Shown: positions 12,066 through 24,400 of the stretch, piece after piece
Numbering within the stretch: the stretch's first letter is position 1
Layout of the letters: every line of letters starts with the position of its first letter
DNA from: Catajapyx aquilonaris
Lineage: Eukaryota
Assembly (NCBI GenBank): GCA_000934665.2
Contig: JYFJ02000499.1
Location: 1-64,000, forward strand
Length of the DNA stretch: 64,000 bases
Direction: 5' to 3'
Translations under genes and position numbers: made by a program
The notes under the pieces: model-generated
The model's database searches: none
What the model was told of the DNA's origin: nothing
What the model saw: the letters and a program-made list of their open reading frames with translations, nothing else

Positions 12066-15000
12066 TCGGGATCTTAGAGAAAAAAATAAACTCGGGAAAG
12101 ATAACATCTGTATTTCAGTCCAAATCTCGAGAGTGCTTGCCCCCCATCCCCCGTTTCCTTTCAAGGGTTTATCCTAGCTAGGAGAGCGTTTCTTCGCAGA
12201 TGTCAAATCTCGGATGAAAAGAAGTCACTTCAGGTATTGGTCGTCCTGTAAAAAGCTGACCTCATCATTTTTTTTTTTTCGTCGAAATGCACTGGCTACC
12301 TGACTCCGTGAGAAACTTTTGGTGGCACTCAGCTGCTTATTTTCAGTCAGTTGTATCAAAAAATATATTGCATGTCCGGATATTCTTGTCGTAAGTTGAG
12401 TGGACATCATCAGGTCTCATTTGTCACGCAGATTGGATTTCGCAAACAGGACACTTTTTTCTTGCACGATAGGCTGTCTACACGCGCGCAGGCCGCAGGA
12501 TCCCCGGCTAAGGTGAATGAATCCTCCTCCGGCAGCAGCTGTTATTTTGTGGCCTGCTCATTGTGTAACTCGACTAAGGTCACGTGATGGCGTGATGCCG
12601 CCTCACTTCCGGGGGACCCGATCTGCTGAACTGTGGGAGAAAACTACTATACACTACATTTGACACCTTTCCCCCCCTGGTCCGGCGGCTCGACAACCGC
12701 AGAGGATGGCTCCAGAATTGCGACGTTTCCAACTCCTCCCGAAAGGATCGTGTGCACTTGGACCGTTTTTATTTCCAGAGCGAGCTAAATTAAGCCGGCG
12801 ACACAACGATGCCAATCCGGACCGACCAGAATAATTAGTGCATATGCTGAATTGGCAATGTCACCGCCCCAAGTGGCCGTGATTGTTGCCCAATCAGCCG
12901 GACTCATTCGTATACAGCACGTTTGGTCCCAAGTTGCGAGTTGCCACTATTAGAAAAGAAGACAAAAACATTGCGTCTGGCAGGTGTCTGGACGACTTAT
13001 CTGGTGCACTCGTGCGTGACACTTAACTTGATAGGCCTGTTATGTTGCTCTAATCTGAACGAATTGTCAAGGCCAGCAATGACAGCCGGCAACTATTTTT
13101 GTATCCTACATTGAGGTCCGGTATATTTGCATAATTTAGCAACTGTTGGCGACATGGTAAAACACCTCGAGGGCAATATTGCGGTAGGTCGCTTTTATAA
13201 TTCCATTTGCGAAACACGTCCCGAGAAGCAGGTCTGGTGACCATTGCCCTCTCTGTTAGTGGCCCCGGGGCAAAGTGATCCTCCGTGGCGATTAAAATTA
13301 GTTCTGGCGGACCAGCAGCCAAGGCTTGTAACCAGTCCTTGCAGGCTTATAAGTAAGTGTACTCTGTGTAGAGTGTTCACCTTCACGCGCCTCGTGGCCG
13401 TTGCCAGAACCGAGTATAACAAGGGAGGGAGAAAGGGGGGTCTCGGCAACCATTGGCTGCCTCTCGGTCACACCATACCACGTGACTGACAACGCCCTCA
13501 GTGTTGCCAGTGACGTAAGGCATAATTCAGATTCTTAGCCAAGAAAGAGCTCTAGGGAGGGTTGTGGAAAAACCGGAACGGGACCAGCAGGCTTGGAATT
13601 AACTGAAGGGGGAGGGAAAAAAAAGAAGGGCAGGTGTGGATCTTCTAGTCGATGGAAACGAATTCGCGGTTCATTGCCGTGAGTTGCCCGGATCAAATAT
13701 TTATGCGCGACACAAAGGCTCTTATGTCAATGTGAATACTTCATGGCGGGGCTGTCTAGTGCGGTTTTCTGGTTCGGTGTAACTGAGAGTAATTAATAAT
13801 TTTCATCCTCGCAACTACATTAACATGCTGGGTATAGTACAGGTCCCATTTTATGCATACGCCTTAACCCTGACGCGTTGAATAATTCGAGCAATTTATC
13901 CGGTGCCGGTAATAGCGAGGCTGGCCCCTACCTCCGGTAATTTCCCCCCGGAAAATTTTGATAAAGTGCATTGAAATGTGGGAGGCACAGCTTGTTATCA
14001 TGATGCGTAACTGGGATGGAAATTAAATAGAAGATCCAGCCGAATGGGGGTGAGTTTGAAAGACCTATTCGTGGTCGGATGTTCTGATGGCGTGAAAAGG
14101 AGAAGTTTGGGTCTGAAAACGAGGCATCATCTAAAGGGGTTGCTCCATAAACGCTTCACTTTATTTTACTACCACATAATCGAGCTTGTCGCACTTTTTT
14201 TTTCTCGGAATCGTTTGAGCACATCCGACCTATTAAGTGACCGATTAGATAACCTGAATAGGAAGGATGATAAGCCGCACGATTAAGACGTGAACGAGTA
14301 CTTCAGAGTTATTTACTTGGGATGCATTGTCACAATTTCATTGTTTAGAGCCATGTTTATGTGTGTTAAACACACAAGTAAAGGGTCGTAACATGAGCAG
14401 TGTGTTGTGAAAATTCGCATATTTGCACTTTAAAATCGCAACTATTGGGACTGGCGTATAGCCAATATAAATATTTATTTAATGGGAGTGGACTGTCCAC
14501 CTTCCCATTTGAACTGCAAAATTGTGGAACACATAACGGCAGGCAAGTAATCTCATGCAATTAAACTTGGCTGGAGATCCAACATTTTCATACCGATCTA
14601 GACTGTGTCACGGAAAGGCGCCGAAGATAAACAAAACATGTGTCGAATCATCTAGGTTCTGCAATAAGACAATATGTAACACATCCACGTGTTTTTTTTC
14701 CTCTGCAAATATTGACAGTTAGAGACAAAGAGCTAAGACCTTGTCATAATTTCCATTGTGTCCCGAACCCTTTGAAGTCTGCGGGCGTGGGGGGCCTTAT
14801 CGCATAGTAAATGATGATGCAACTGGTTACCGAGTACAGACCACGTCAAATCACCTCACACTGTACCAGGAAGTGCGTGTAATACTCCCGCCCATTTTGA
14901 GCGTCATGAATCGGTGCACACTAAAATTATGCAAATAATTTTTTTTTAAAAAAATGAAAGTTCAATGAATGGGTTTTCCGCCCGCCTTACTGCGACCTCG

Positions 15001-16074
15001 CAAGGACGCGGCCTTTGAAGTATAGGGTTAGCCAGACCTCCAAGTTGGTCTAAAAGAAAACGTCTGGAAAATATTTCCAAGCGTCGTTTTTGCTCTCTCG
15101 GGGTCTCCAGTTCGTTCCCCTCTTCACAAAACCCCCGCCACGTCCCTAAATAACAACTGGTAGAACAGGGTGCGTGCCAGCTGGAGGGGCAAGAGACAGG
15201 ACTTGTATCGTAATTGGATTCTAATCAGTCGTCATTGCTCGTCACCCGATTTCTGACTCAGACGTTCAATTGCTTAGGTTCAAGTCTTCCTAGTAGGGGT
15301 CAGTCTGGGGTCGATTTTTTGGGGTTATTTTTTTTTTCATCCCTCCATAGGACTGACTTTTCCTTGGGGACCCCGCCTTATTGGTCAGAATTCTTTTCCC
15401 TTGGCCAGTGAAAGTGGGTCAATGCTGAGATTGCATCGATGGCAACCGCTGTCAGGTGTATTACAATGTGCCTACGCACAATTCGATTTTAATCAATTTA
15501 TTCCGAACACCACCCGGGGAGGTTTAATAAAAAAACGTGCCTAGGTCATCATGCGTCTGGATTGGAGCAACAGGAGTAGGTTAACGAGTTTTTTGCGCCC
15601 GTGTGGACATGACCGTCTAGAGCGTCGTACGTTGGCCGTGAACGTGAACCGAAGCACGTGCTGGGTTTGCCGCCCAATTTTGGTGAGATTAAAATTTTAG
15701 CGGGATCGCTAAGAGTGTAATGAAGTGTGGTCCGCGGTAAAACTATCCATCTTTCAACCCATTTGGCCCGCGATTGCTCTTTCATTTAATACTTAGCCCA
15801 CACGCAACATTGGCCACTGTTGTTTGCGCGGCCCGTAACGAGAATACGGTCCATGCTTTATTCATGCCCCTCTGAAGCCCCGGTGTTATTTAGGTTAAAG
15901 GTGAAACAAGCGCTCGCGGTCGGATACGGCCGAAAGCGGAAAAACCGCAACTTCCTGTGATTCACCTGCTGGAAGAGATGAGCCAAATTGGAATTTTTTT
16001 TGACTGCGCTGCTATTCAAAATAATTAGCAGCCATCTTTACCCTTGCGGCCTTGCCAACCCCTTACTGTGGTCC

Positions 16075-16322
16075 TAGTACCGCATGTTTCACATAGATGG
16101 CGCATCCACCCTCTCCGCACACTACTGATGACTTACCGCGGACAGAGGGAGTGACCGAAGCCAATTCTCTACATGACTAGTGAACCCGGTGCCAAAATTT
16201 TGGCAAAACCTATAAGTACGACAACAGTATTATCAAAAAAACTTTAATGAGATGACCCACTGATTTACACGTAGTACTATACTTCACGCATAGATGGCGC
16301 AAGCTTCCTCTGCACACTCCTG
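16075..16322 (+). repeat. Diverged direct repeat pair (~50 bp; 16075-16127 and 16272-16322) with CATAGATGGCGCA core
   Basis: Both copies read TAGTAC..TTCAC..ATAGATGGCGCA..CTC(C/T)GCACACT(A/C)CTG. Confidence 0.8.
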
Positions 16323-18720
16323 CCACCTTCAGGTCGTGCGAGAGATAGCGGTACTATCAGGTCGGACAAACATCCGACGGATTAGGAGAAAGATGCGTTT
16401 ATAACGGACTTGTCTTTCTTTCTCGGTCGTTATGTGGATTTGTCGAAAACATAATGGAAACCTGTTCAGTAGAGAGTTTTTTTGGGGAACGACGCGACGC
16501 CGCTCGATAGAGCCAGGTTTCATTGTCTAATAGACAATAGGATCCAAGACAGCAGAGGACTTGTTTGTCACCAGCAATTTCTGCGGGAAAGAATGGCAGA
16601 ATGTAACAAATATTCAGGTCACCCTTTTTTCAGCACTTGCATCGATTACGTTTTTTTTTTAATCTTACATACGTAGCAATGGGACTGCTATTATTCAAGA
16701 CCGGTGACAAAAGTCGCAGCGATTTTGTCACGCCACCACCTGGTGGCTCCATATTCCCAGGCGGCGATTGGTCGAATGGGACCAATGGGGAGAGGCCGAG
16801 CAGGACGAGAGCTGCGGTGGCGGGTTATTTTACTTGCGGGGCCATTGGACAATGGGTTATTAGGCCGATATCATGTAGCCGGCAATGAGCATGAGTGGGA
16901 CAAAGGGTGAAACTAGGCGTGAGATTTGCATTTGCATCCTTTTGTCCATCGGGGCTTTAGTTGAGTGCCGGGGACAATAAACGCCCATCAGGCAATTTGA
17001 AAGCTGAGGGAGGCCCAAAAACCACCAGATACTCATCGCACCCACCTTTTCCTAATAGCATATTTGCACATATTCCCTAATTCCCGCATCGGGGGTTGGC
17101 TTTTTACACCCGTACAGCTGTGTACGGCAGGGATGGGTTGCAGCTCGGGCGAAATAGGGCGTGTCACACATTTAATTACATCGTCACATTCATACTACGT
17201 ATTACAAACATTAATTGAACACAGTTTAGATTCCCGCAGTGTATTGTCGCATTTTTAGTCCACAATTGTTGCAGAATTTTATTTTTAAAAAATACACTGA
17301 ATGATAGGATCTGCAGCCTACCTGTTATGTGTATAGGGGTTTATTATTTTTAGTTGTGTCGAGTCCATTGATATCATACAGGACGAGAAATTAGGCAAGC
17401 TGTAATTAAGCACTTTGCGAAATAATTACCAGGATCTCGGTCTTATTATGTGGTTACTCTTCCGGTTAGATTTCCTTTCTTGACAGACCACAGCCCCTTC
17501 CTTCCCTATCCCTAATCTTATATACAGAGTGATGAAATAATGCATGATAATTCTTGAACTCCGCAAATTGTTCCGGCCATCAAAAACCCAGTTTCCATTT
17601 GTACATAATGAAGTTAAAATATTATGGTGATTGTTGTTATAAATTTAGCTTGATACAATTATTTTGCATTGAACTGAATTATTCTGTAATTCATTACTTA
17701 AATTGCATTCACCCTAAACTGTAGTTTCACACAATTCCGAAGTTAATTAAATGGAACACAGTTACATTTCCACTATTCGAGTATTTATTGAACCAATCCA
17801 CAAATAGTGTTGACCTTAGTTTAGCGAAATGTTGTTCAAAAATAAAACTGGAACCGAAAATATTAATCGAGCTTGAAACATTCATCTGTGTGACGTGATT
17901 TTTAGCGGAATATTTGCACCGCTGAGTACACTTTCACCAAAAAGCTCTCTCCAATTCAAATATTAATATTCGTTACACATTTGAATGAACACAGCCAGTT
18001 ATTTTGAAGCTTTTCAGACGGAAATTACCTGCATAACTGTTCATCAATATTATTAATATGATTGCTACTGCATAAATGATATAAATTTTGTGCGCTCTTG
18101 TATACGAATATGTAGTTCGCTACCTGGGTTTATTTTTAAAATTTATTCCTGACCGCTATATACAGTTGCCATTATGCGGAGAGGCCTGAACCATTTGCAG
18201 CGACACATTTCAGAGGGTGCCATCAGCATGTGGGAAGCCCTAAAACTAGTTTGAACCCCATAATGCAACCCGGTTTCTTGTCAATCGCGACATTATTTTT
18301 TTTTCGTTTGAAAATGTGAATGGACCGCAGCAGGTATCTGAAATTAATTACGTGTCGCGCGTTCGTTACAAAAATATGCTCGAGTAAGCGTTTTGAACCT
18401 GCTTTTGCCGGAGACTCGCCAATATGGCCAGTGGAACAAACGCACTTTTGAAGTTGCAAAACACTAATGGCTCCGTAATTGAATAAAGTTTACCGGCAGT
18501 TGGTACCCATATTGTCAGAAGTGGTGCAAAGCCGGAAAAGTTGGCTTAATGCGCGTTTCACAGGTCGTGTCACTATATCGAGGGGCCACTATTTACACAA
18601 TTTTTAGTCGCAATTAAAATAAATTAGAAGCTTGGGTCGAGCTTGAGCGTGGTCATTTAATGAATCATTTGCAAAATTGCTGTGACAACGCTAAGAGGGG
18701 CCGCGCTGATTGTCTATAGC

Positions 18721-18840
18721 GCTGCACGTTAATTAAGTAAAAAGCTATTCCCAATACGTTCAGGTTTTTAAACCAAAAAAGAGAGAACCATGGTGATTGT
18801 CTGGAGCAGCTGCATATGAACGGATTTAAAAAGCTATTCC
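18721..18840 (+). repeat. Short diverged tandem duplication, ~89 bp period
   Basis: GCTGCA at 18721 and 18809; TAAAAAGCTATTCC at 18738 and 18827. Confidence 0.6.
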
Positions 18841-19067
18841 TCAAAAAAAACTTTTGTTTTTAGAAATTGCATAATGCTCACAATAATTTGCGCCAGTTTA
18901 TTAAGAAAGGAGAGATGCTATGAATTGTTCACCCAGGAAACTAGTTGGAACGTTGGCAGCAACAATCAGTGCTGCACATGTCATGATTGTTCCTTCTTGA
19001 TAAACTAATTGCGTTGACGAGATTATAAGTTCACTAGGTCTCCATGGTTGCACTCTGGCTTTGGACT

Positions 19068-19587
19068 CTGTACATGCGCTACGGTATGTGAAATGTCAAA
19101 TTAAAATCTGTACAGTACACGCTCTGTACCCAAGCTTTGCAGCAATTGACTGCACATCCAGTATTAAACTCGCTTTGAACACGACATGAAAAAGGTAATT
19201 CTGCAGTACTGCGTCCATTTTTGAAGACTAATTAAAAATGTAAAAGTTATTACATCAGATTTGTTATAGGAACACTCGGCTGGGGCAGTTCAAAAGTAGG
19301 AAAGGAGAATGGGAAGCTTTGGTAATATTATTACATCCATCACTTGCGCAGGTCAACTGTACTGTACATGCCGTTTGTATAAATCTCTCCTAATTGCAAT
19401 ATTATATTAAAATGTGGCTCTGCTGGATGTCACTGCAGCCTTCATGCAGCAAAAATTTGAAAAAAGTAATTCCGCAGTAAAATCCAGTGTCCATTTTGAA
19501 ACGTAATTAAAAGGGTGAAAATTGCATTTTCTTAGGAAAGATTCTATGCAAATTCAAAAATGAGGTTTGGGTAATTACTCCTTTCAC
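19068..19587 (+). repeat. Diverged tandem duplication, ~270-290 bp period
   Basis: TGAAAAAGGTAATTCTGCAGTA..GTCCATTTTTGAA..TAATTAAAA at 19187 versus TGAAAAAAGTAATTCCGCAGTA..GTCCATTTTGAA..TAATTAAAA at 19458. Flanking matches (CTGTACATGC, TAGGAA, TTCAAAA, GGTAAT) are collinear. Confidence 0.8.
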
Positions 19588-19726
19588 AGCAGCCGTAATA
19601 CAGTTTTATGAGCTTTTCCTACAGTCTTTTTTTAAAAAATCAGCCATATTGAAGCTCAGAAAGCATAATGCTGATTGGCCCCGCTGCAGCTGCGTAACAT
19701 TGCGTAAGTCAAAAATTACCCCCAAA

Positions 19727-19759
19727 GTTAATCCTGCCATTTTCCCATTTCAGGTAAGG
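19727..19759 (+). other. Candidate recursive splice site (ratchet point), junction 19753/19754
   Basis: gttaatcctgccattttcccatttCAG|GTAAGG: branch-like TTAAT, pyrimidine tract, and an acceptor directly followed by a strong donor, on the gene strand. Confidence 0.55.
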
Positions 19760-21335
19760 CCAGAGACGATATCCCTGCTCATAATCAACATGTATTAAGG
19801 TACAGTGCTCACTAAGTACATCTGAATAGCCTGCAGTTGCCGGCTGGGTTGCTCCGGAGTCCCATGATATTAAATATTACTGTACACCGGCTCGTTGTAC
19901 AGTGCACCGCGAATCCAATTGTTATAGCCTTCAAGCATGATGTTCGCCAGACTTGTCGGAATTACGGTGTAATATCGATCCGGAATTTGTATCTGGGCGT
20001 TAAAGCCGTTCTGGTGTCAGGCCACTGTGGCTTTACGCCCCCCCCCCCCTCTACCCACCCACCACCAACCCCATTTTTTTTCGCAAACCCACACTGGGTA
20101 GGAAATTCCAGATATGAATCCAATGCGAAATCTGGGTGCAATCGTGTGCAAATTTCACCCCCCATTTTGTGATAGATTTTTTTTCCCCCTCTGTACGGCG
20201 CACTAACTGTCTCCAACCAGCTCCCCTTTTTTGGTGATAAGTGACCTGGTGAAAAAGCCTGGATCCTAGGTAATATCCGGGGTTAATGGGATGAGTAATT
20301 AATTCCTCCGCAAACGAGCCAATGAGGCGCGCACCAACTGTTTGCCCCCAGACTTTTCGAGCGTTGCCAAAAAAAAAGGAAGAGAATTTTCGCAAAGCTT
20401 GAAAACAAGATTCGATCAAACCCAATATCTGGAAAAGTCCAGGCCGCAGATTATGACTCAGGATATTCAGCTGATGTAACACGGATTTAAATAGGAATCT
20501 TATTATTTATACGCATGCAGAAAACCAATAGCAACATTAATGAGCTGTGAGAGCAGAAGGAACAGTTAATGGCAAATTGCACTAAATTACTGTGAAGTCA
20601 CACCTAATTCCACATCGCCTGCAGATATACATCCGAGATAATTGCCTTAGCTACATATAAGGCGCTTAAAAACTAACCAAAGTACTTTGCAAGTAGTGTG
20701 TCTCAGTGCGGTCTTTGCTCCTTATATTCGCGCAAGTTCGGCTTCCAAGTTTTAGAGTCGCTCTTAAGTGACTGGAATTTTGTAACGAGCAAGTTACCAC
20801 CACTATAGTTCTAATCAGCTTAAGAAAACTTTTGCCCAGCCTTGTTAGGCCTATCCCTCCCCACCCCCTTTTAAATTCACCATCTCTTCATGCATATATT
20901 CCAAGTTTTTACCCTCCCATCTCGTTTCCATGTTCAAGAGTTTAGCTGCCACTGCGCACTAGAAATTGGCGCGCGTTCTTAATTTACCTGTTTAATAATT
21001 AACCAAGGTTCCGGCCCAGCCACCAAAAGGTTGCCTCTGCTGTACAAACATTGCACTTGATTTTGCGGCCATGATAACATCCCAACCTTTGTTGCGTGCA
21101 AAATCCGCGTTGTAAACAAAATCCATAATACATTACTAGAAGAACCCTCGCTTCGCTAATTTTTTCTAGGCCTGCGGCATACGGTGGTAGAGGCCATATT
21201 GTTAATTGCTTCGTCGTGGGGGGACTGCGTGTGTGGGGGAGCGAAGTAGACATTCCGTCCGTCAGCGAACGGATAGTTACTCTTCCACCCACCAGAGGCG
21301 CTGTCTCCACCCACAGCGCATGCGTAGAACGCGGA

Positions 21336-21423
21336 CCAATCGGAAGATTCGCGGTAACAATATGCGGGGGACTAATCAGAAGGCATATACATACACCCCC
21401 ACGATTTTATAGATGTTGTGATA
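21336..21423 (+). repeat. Short interspersed repeat, copy A
   Basis: 51/60 aligned columns are identical to the reverse complement of copy B (38805-38900). Core CCAATCGGAAG....GCGGTAACAA.ATGCGG.GGAC.AATCAGAAGGC. Confidence 0.85.
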
Positions 21424-24400
21424 CTTGTGTGTCGCCTTGCTTTCAGGCAACCTGGCCTTACAGGAGAAGAGGTTTGGTTGCGTAGGTGACAGGATGAGTG
21501 GTCCACCGCAGCTCTTCCCCCATTGTGCATTTTGAGGGCAGCCAGGTTTTTTTCCGGATGGTCAAAGGGCAGGATGGGGATTCCTGTGGGGGGGAGAGGG
21601 GGTTCGATTGAGAGAGAGAGCTGCGGCTGAAGAGGTTAATTTCGTTCGCATTGATTGGGAAGCCCCACTTGGTTGGAGGTCCCCACCTCGTTTTTCCCGG
21701 AGCCAGGAAAGGAAATAGAATGGGCTCAAAAGCATGACCGGTTTGGCTTCTATTATACGCCGGAATCCATTGTCGGTTGATGAGAGAGAAGAGGGTTGGG
21801 AGGAAGGGGGGGGGGAGGGGGGGCTATGATCAGACCCATTGGCCCACCCCCCGAAAAAAAAAGGGTCATGCGTGTCGTTGGTAAATATTGATGCGGGACC
21901 GGTTGCGGACATGATGAGATTGGGAATCGGAAGTTAGGGTAGTCAAAGTAATCCGGGCACAAAGTAGGTTGGGAACGAGGGAAATACAAATGGCAAACCG
22001 AAACTGCACCGGGTGGAACATGTAAACAGGAGGATTATATCAGTCCCTGCACGTTGTGTTGCACGACCCATATTGATGCAAATTTTCCCACAGTTGCAGA
22101 TTGGAACACTGTTCTCTCTTTGGATCTCCCCCCCCCCCCTTTTTGGAGGGGGTCTGGTTTCCTTTTGCGATCCGGTCAGCTGCATTGCAAATTGACTCGA
22201 CAGTGCAAAAGCTGCCTGTTACAACAAAACTGATCTTCAGAATGCTGCGAATAAGAGCGGAAGAATTTGCACAAACGCGATCACATTTGTAATCTGCACT
22301 GTATCCAGTCGATAGTGGACTCGGCAACTAAGCCCAGGAAATATATATAGGCAGGTGCCTGCAGTATGCCTCCGGTGGCATAACTCATTTCGCTGGAGAA
22401 TGTTAGTGAGTGCTTTTGGGCTTTTTGACTGCCGAAAGAATGCGCGAGGCTTTCGAGGTATGAGGGAGTTCATGTCAAAGGTCCAATCAGGTGAGGCGGG
22501 AAGGAATTCAAACCTGGTCTTTGCAAAACACGTTTAACATTTCATCTAAAATGTTGCGACAATTTGCTATCGGATATTTCCAGTGGCACAAACGGTTTAT
22601 ACCGCCCGAAAAAAGTGTCAACTGTCCCTTTTACTTGAACTTCGCTTAATATTAGATGAATTAACCGGGCCTGTACAGTGTCTCACTATTCCAAACCCGA
22701 CATGTCCCATCTCTGGTACCTCGCATGTTAGGAAAATGGAAACACTTTGTCGGGCCAGCTGTAACAAGACAGGACACGGCTCGTCCTCTGGTAACACCCC
22801 GAAAATTTTCGGACACTTGCTGCAAGTTTGAGCCCAGCAGCAGGTGACGCCGAACATCGTCCGGAAATAGGCAACCAACCGTGTACTTGCACTTATTAGA
22901 GGGACCGTTTGAGAGCGTGAATATTCTCTCTGATCCTCCGTAATTGGCAGGTCCGCCAGTCTCCAGGCTTTTTGATATTCGGTCCTCTTTTCAGTCAGCC
23001 TGAGGGCCGCTGCAGCAGACCAGTTATGGCAGCCGATGGGTCCTTAATACGGGCCCCCAAAATATCACTGGTCCCTTCACTTTTGGCCCCCCCCCCCATT
23101 TTCCCTCCCCACCGTCAACTGAATCCCAAACTTCCGCAGGCCTGTGGGTCTAAGCTTCGCCTAGCTTGGCTTGCTTGGTTGGGGAGTTTCTCTGGCCTCG
23201 GTATTGATCCAATCGGTCCAGGCCTGAAGGAGAGAAGAGGGGGGGGAAGGGAAGGGATGCTGTGTGAGAGAGGACTCTAAGAGAAGAGGACAGGCAGGGA
23301 TTTTGTTAACTGCACGAGCATATAAGATTCATCTAGGTGTAAACTCTCGCTTGGCCCGGTTTTGCCCACAATCGAAACCGCGGTTCGATGGCATCGACTT
23401 GTCTTTCTCCATCTCCCCTTTCCCTTCCCCCCTCGAAAATATATGTCGGCGCGACCCCGTAGAAGGTAAAGATTAAATTCTTCAATGCCCGTAATCCCAC
23501 CCGGAGGATGAGAAGCTGCAGCGGCGTCCTCACGCGAGCCTTTTACGACTCATAAAAATCTTGGCTGAGCCCTAGAAAAAAATGTGGGCTTTGTCGCCGA
23601 ATCGGAGGGAGACGACCCTTCTTTTTTAAAAAAAATGGATTCTTATGTTCAGATGAACATTTTGTACTATTGTTCACTGCAGTTTCATTACTAGACATCA
23701 TGATAAGTAGTGCGATTTGGTTACGAAACACCAACTAGTACACGAAAACTATGATTCATGCGACGGATGGGTGATCGTTACGACTCATTTGAGCCCCACG
23801 ATATCCTTTCCTTTCATGCTATATTGCTGTCACTCTGTCCCCAACTGTTACTCTTTACGCTCTGTTGGCTATCTTTTTCGGGAGGGTAGAGAGAGACTGT
23901 CGCTTTGGATTATGCACCCATGCGTGTGCCATCCTGATTGGTATCGATTCAGGGGAACAAATCCGTGCTTTTCGATGCGTACATTTGTGTTTTGAAGCAG
24001 CACAATAGAAATGATTTGGGCTCCCATATCGACCCACTAGTTTTCCCCGCTGTTGCTCACTTTTTTTTCCATTGTTAATTTAGATTTTGCAAAACGGCCA
24101 CGCACTCTCCCCATAGCGTGCCAACAGGTGTTTAGAAATGCTAAAGACCGCTTAGCACAGGTTGTATCGGATAAGTATCAACCCTCGTGCATTACAACAT
24201 CGGGGTTGGTGGCGTGCAATTAAAGCACACCAACGCCTTTTTCCTCTTCATTCAATGCTTCGTGTCGGGTATGGCAGGTCTGGCGTGTACTCAACAGAAG
24301 GACTTGAACCTTGGTCCGCTGATCCGTGTAGTGGTAAAATACCTTCCGGGTCTGTAGAAGAGTGGTTGCTGGCACAAGAGAGGAGCCTTCCCCCTTTGAT

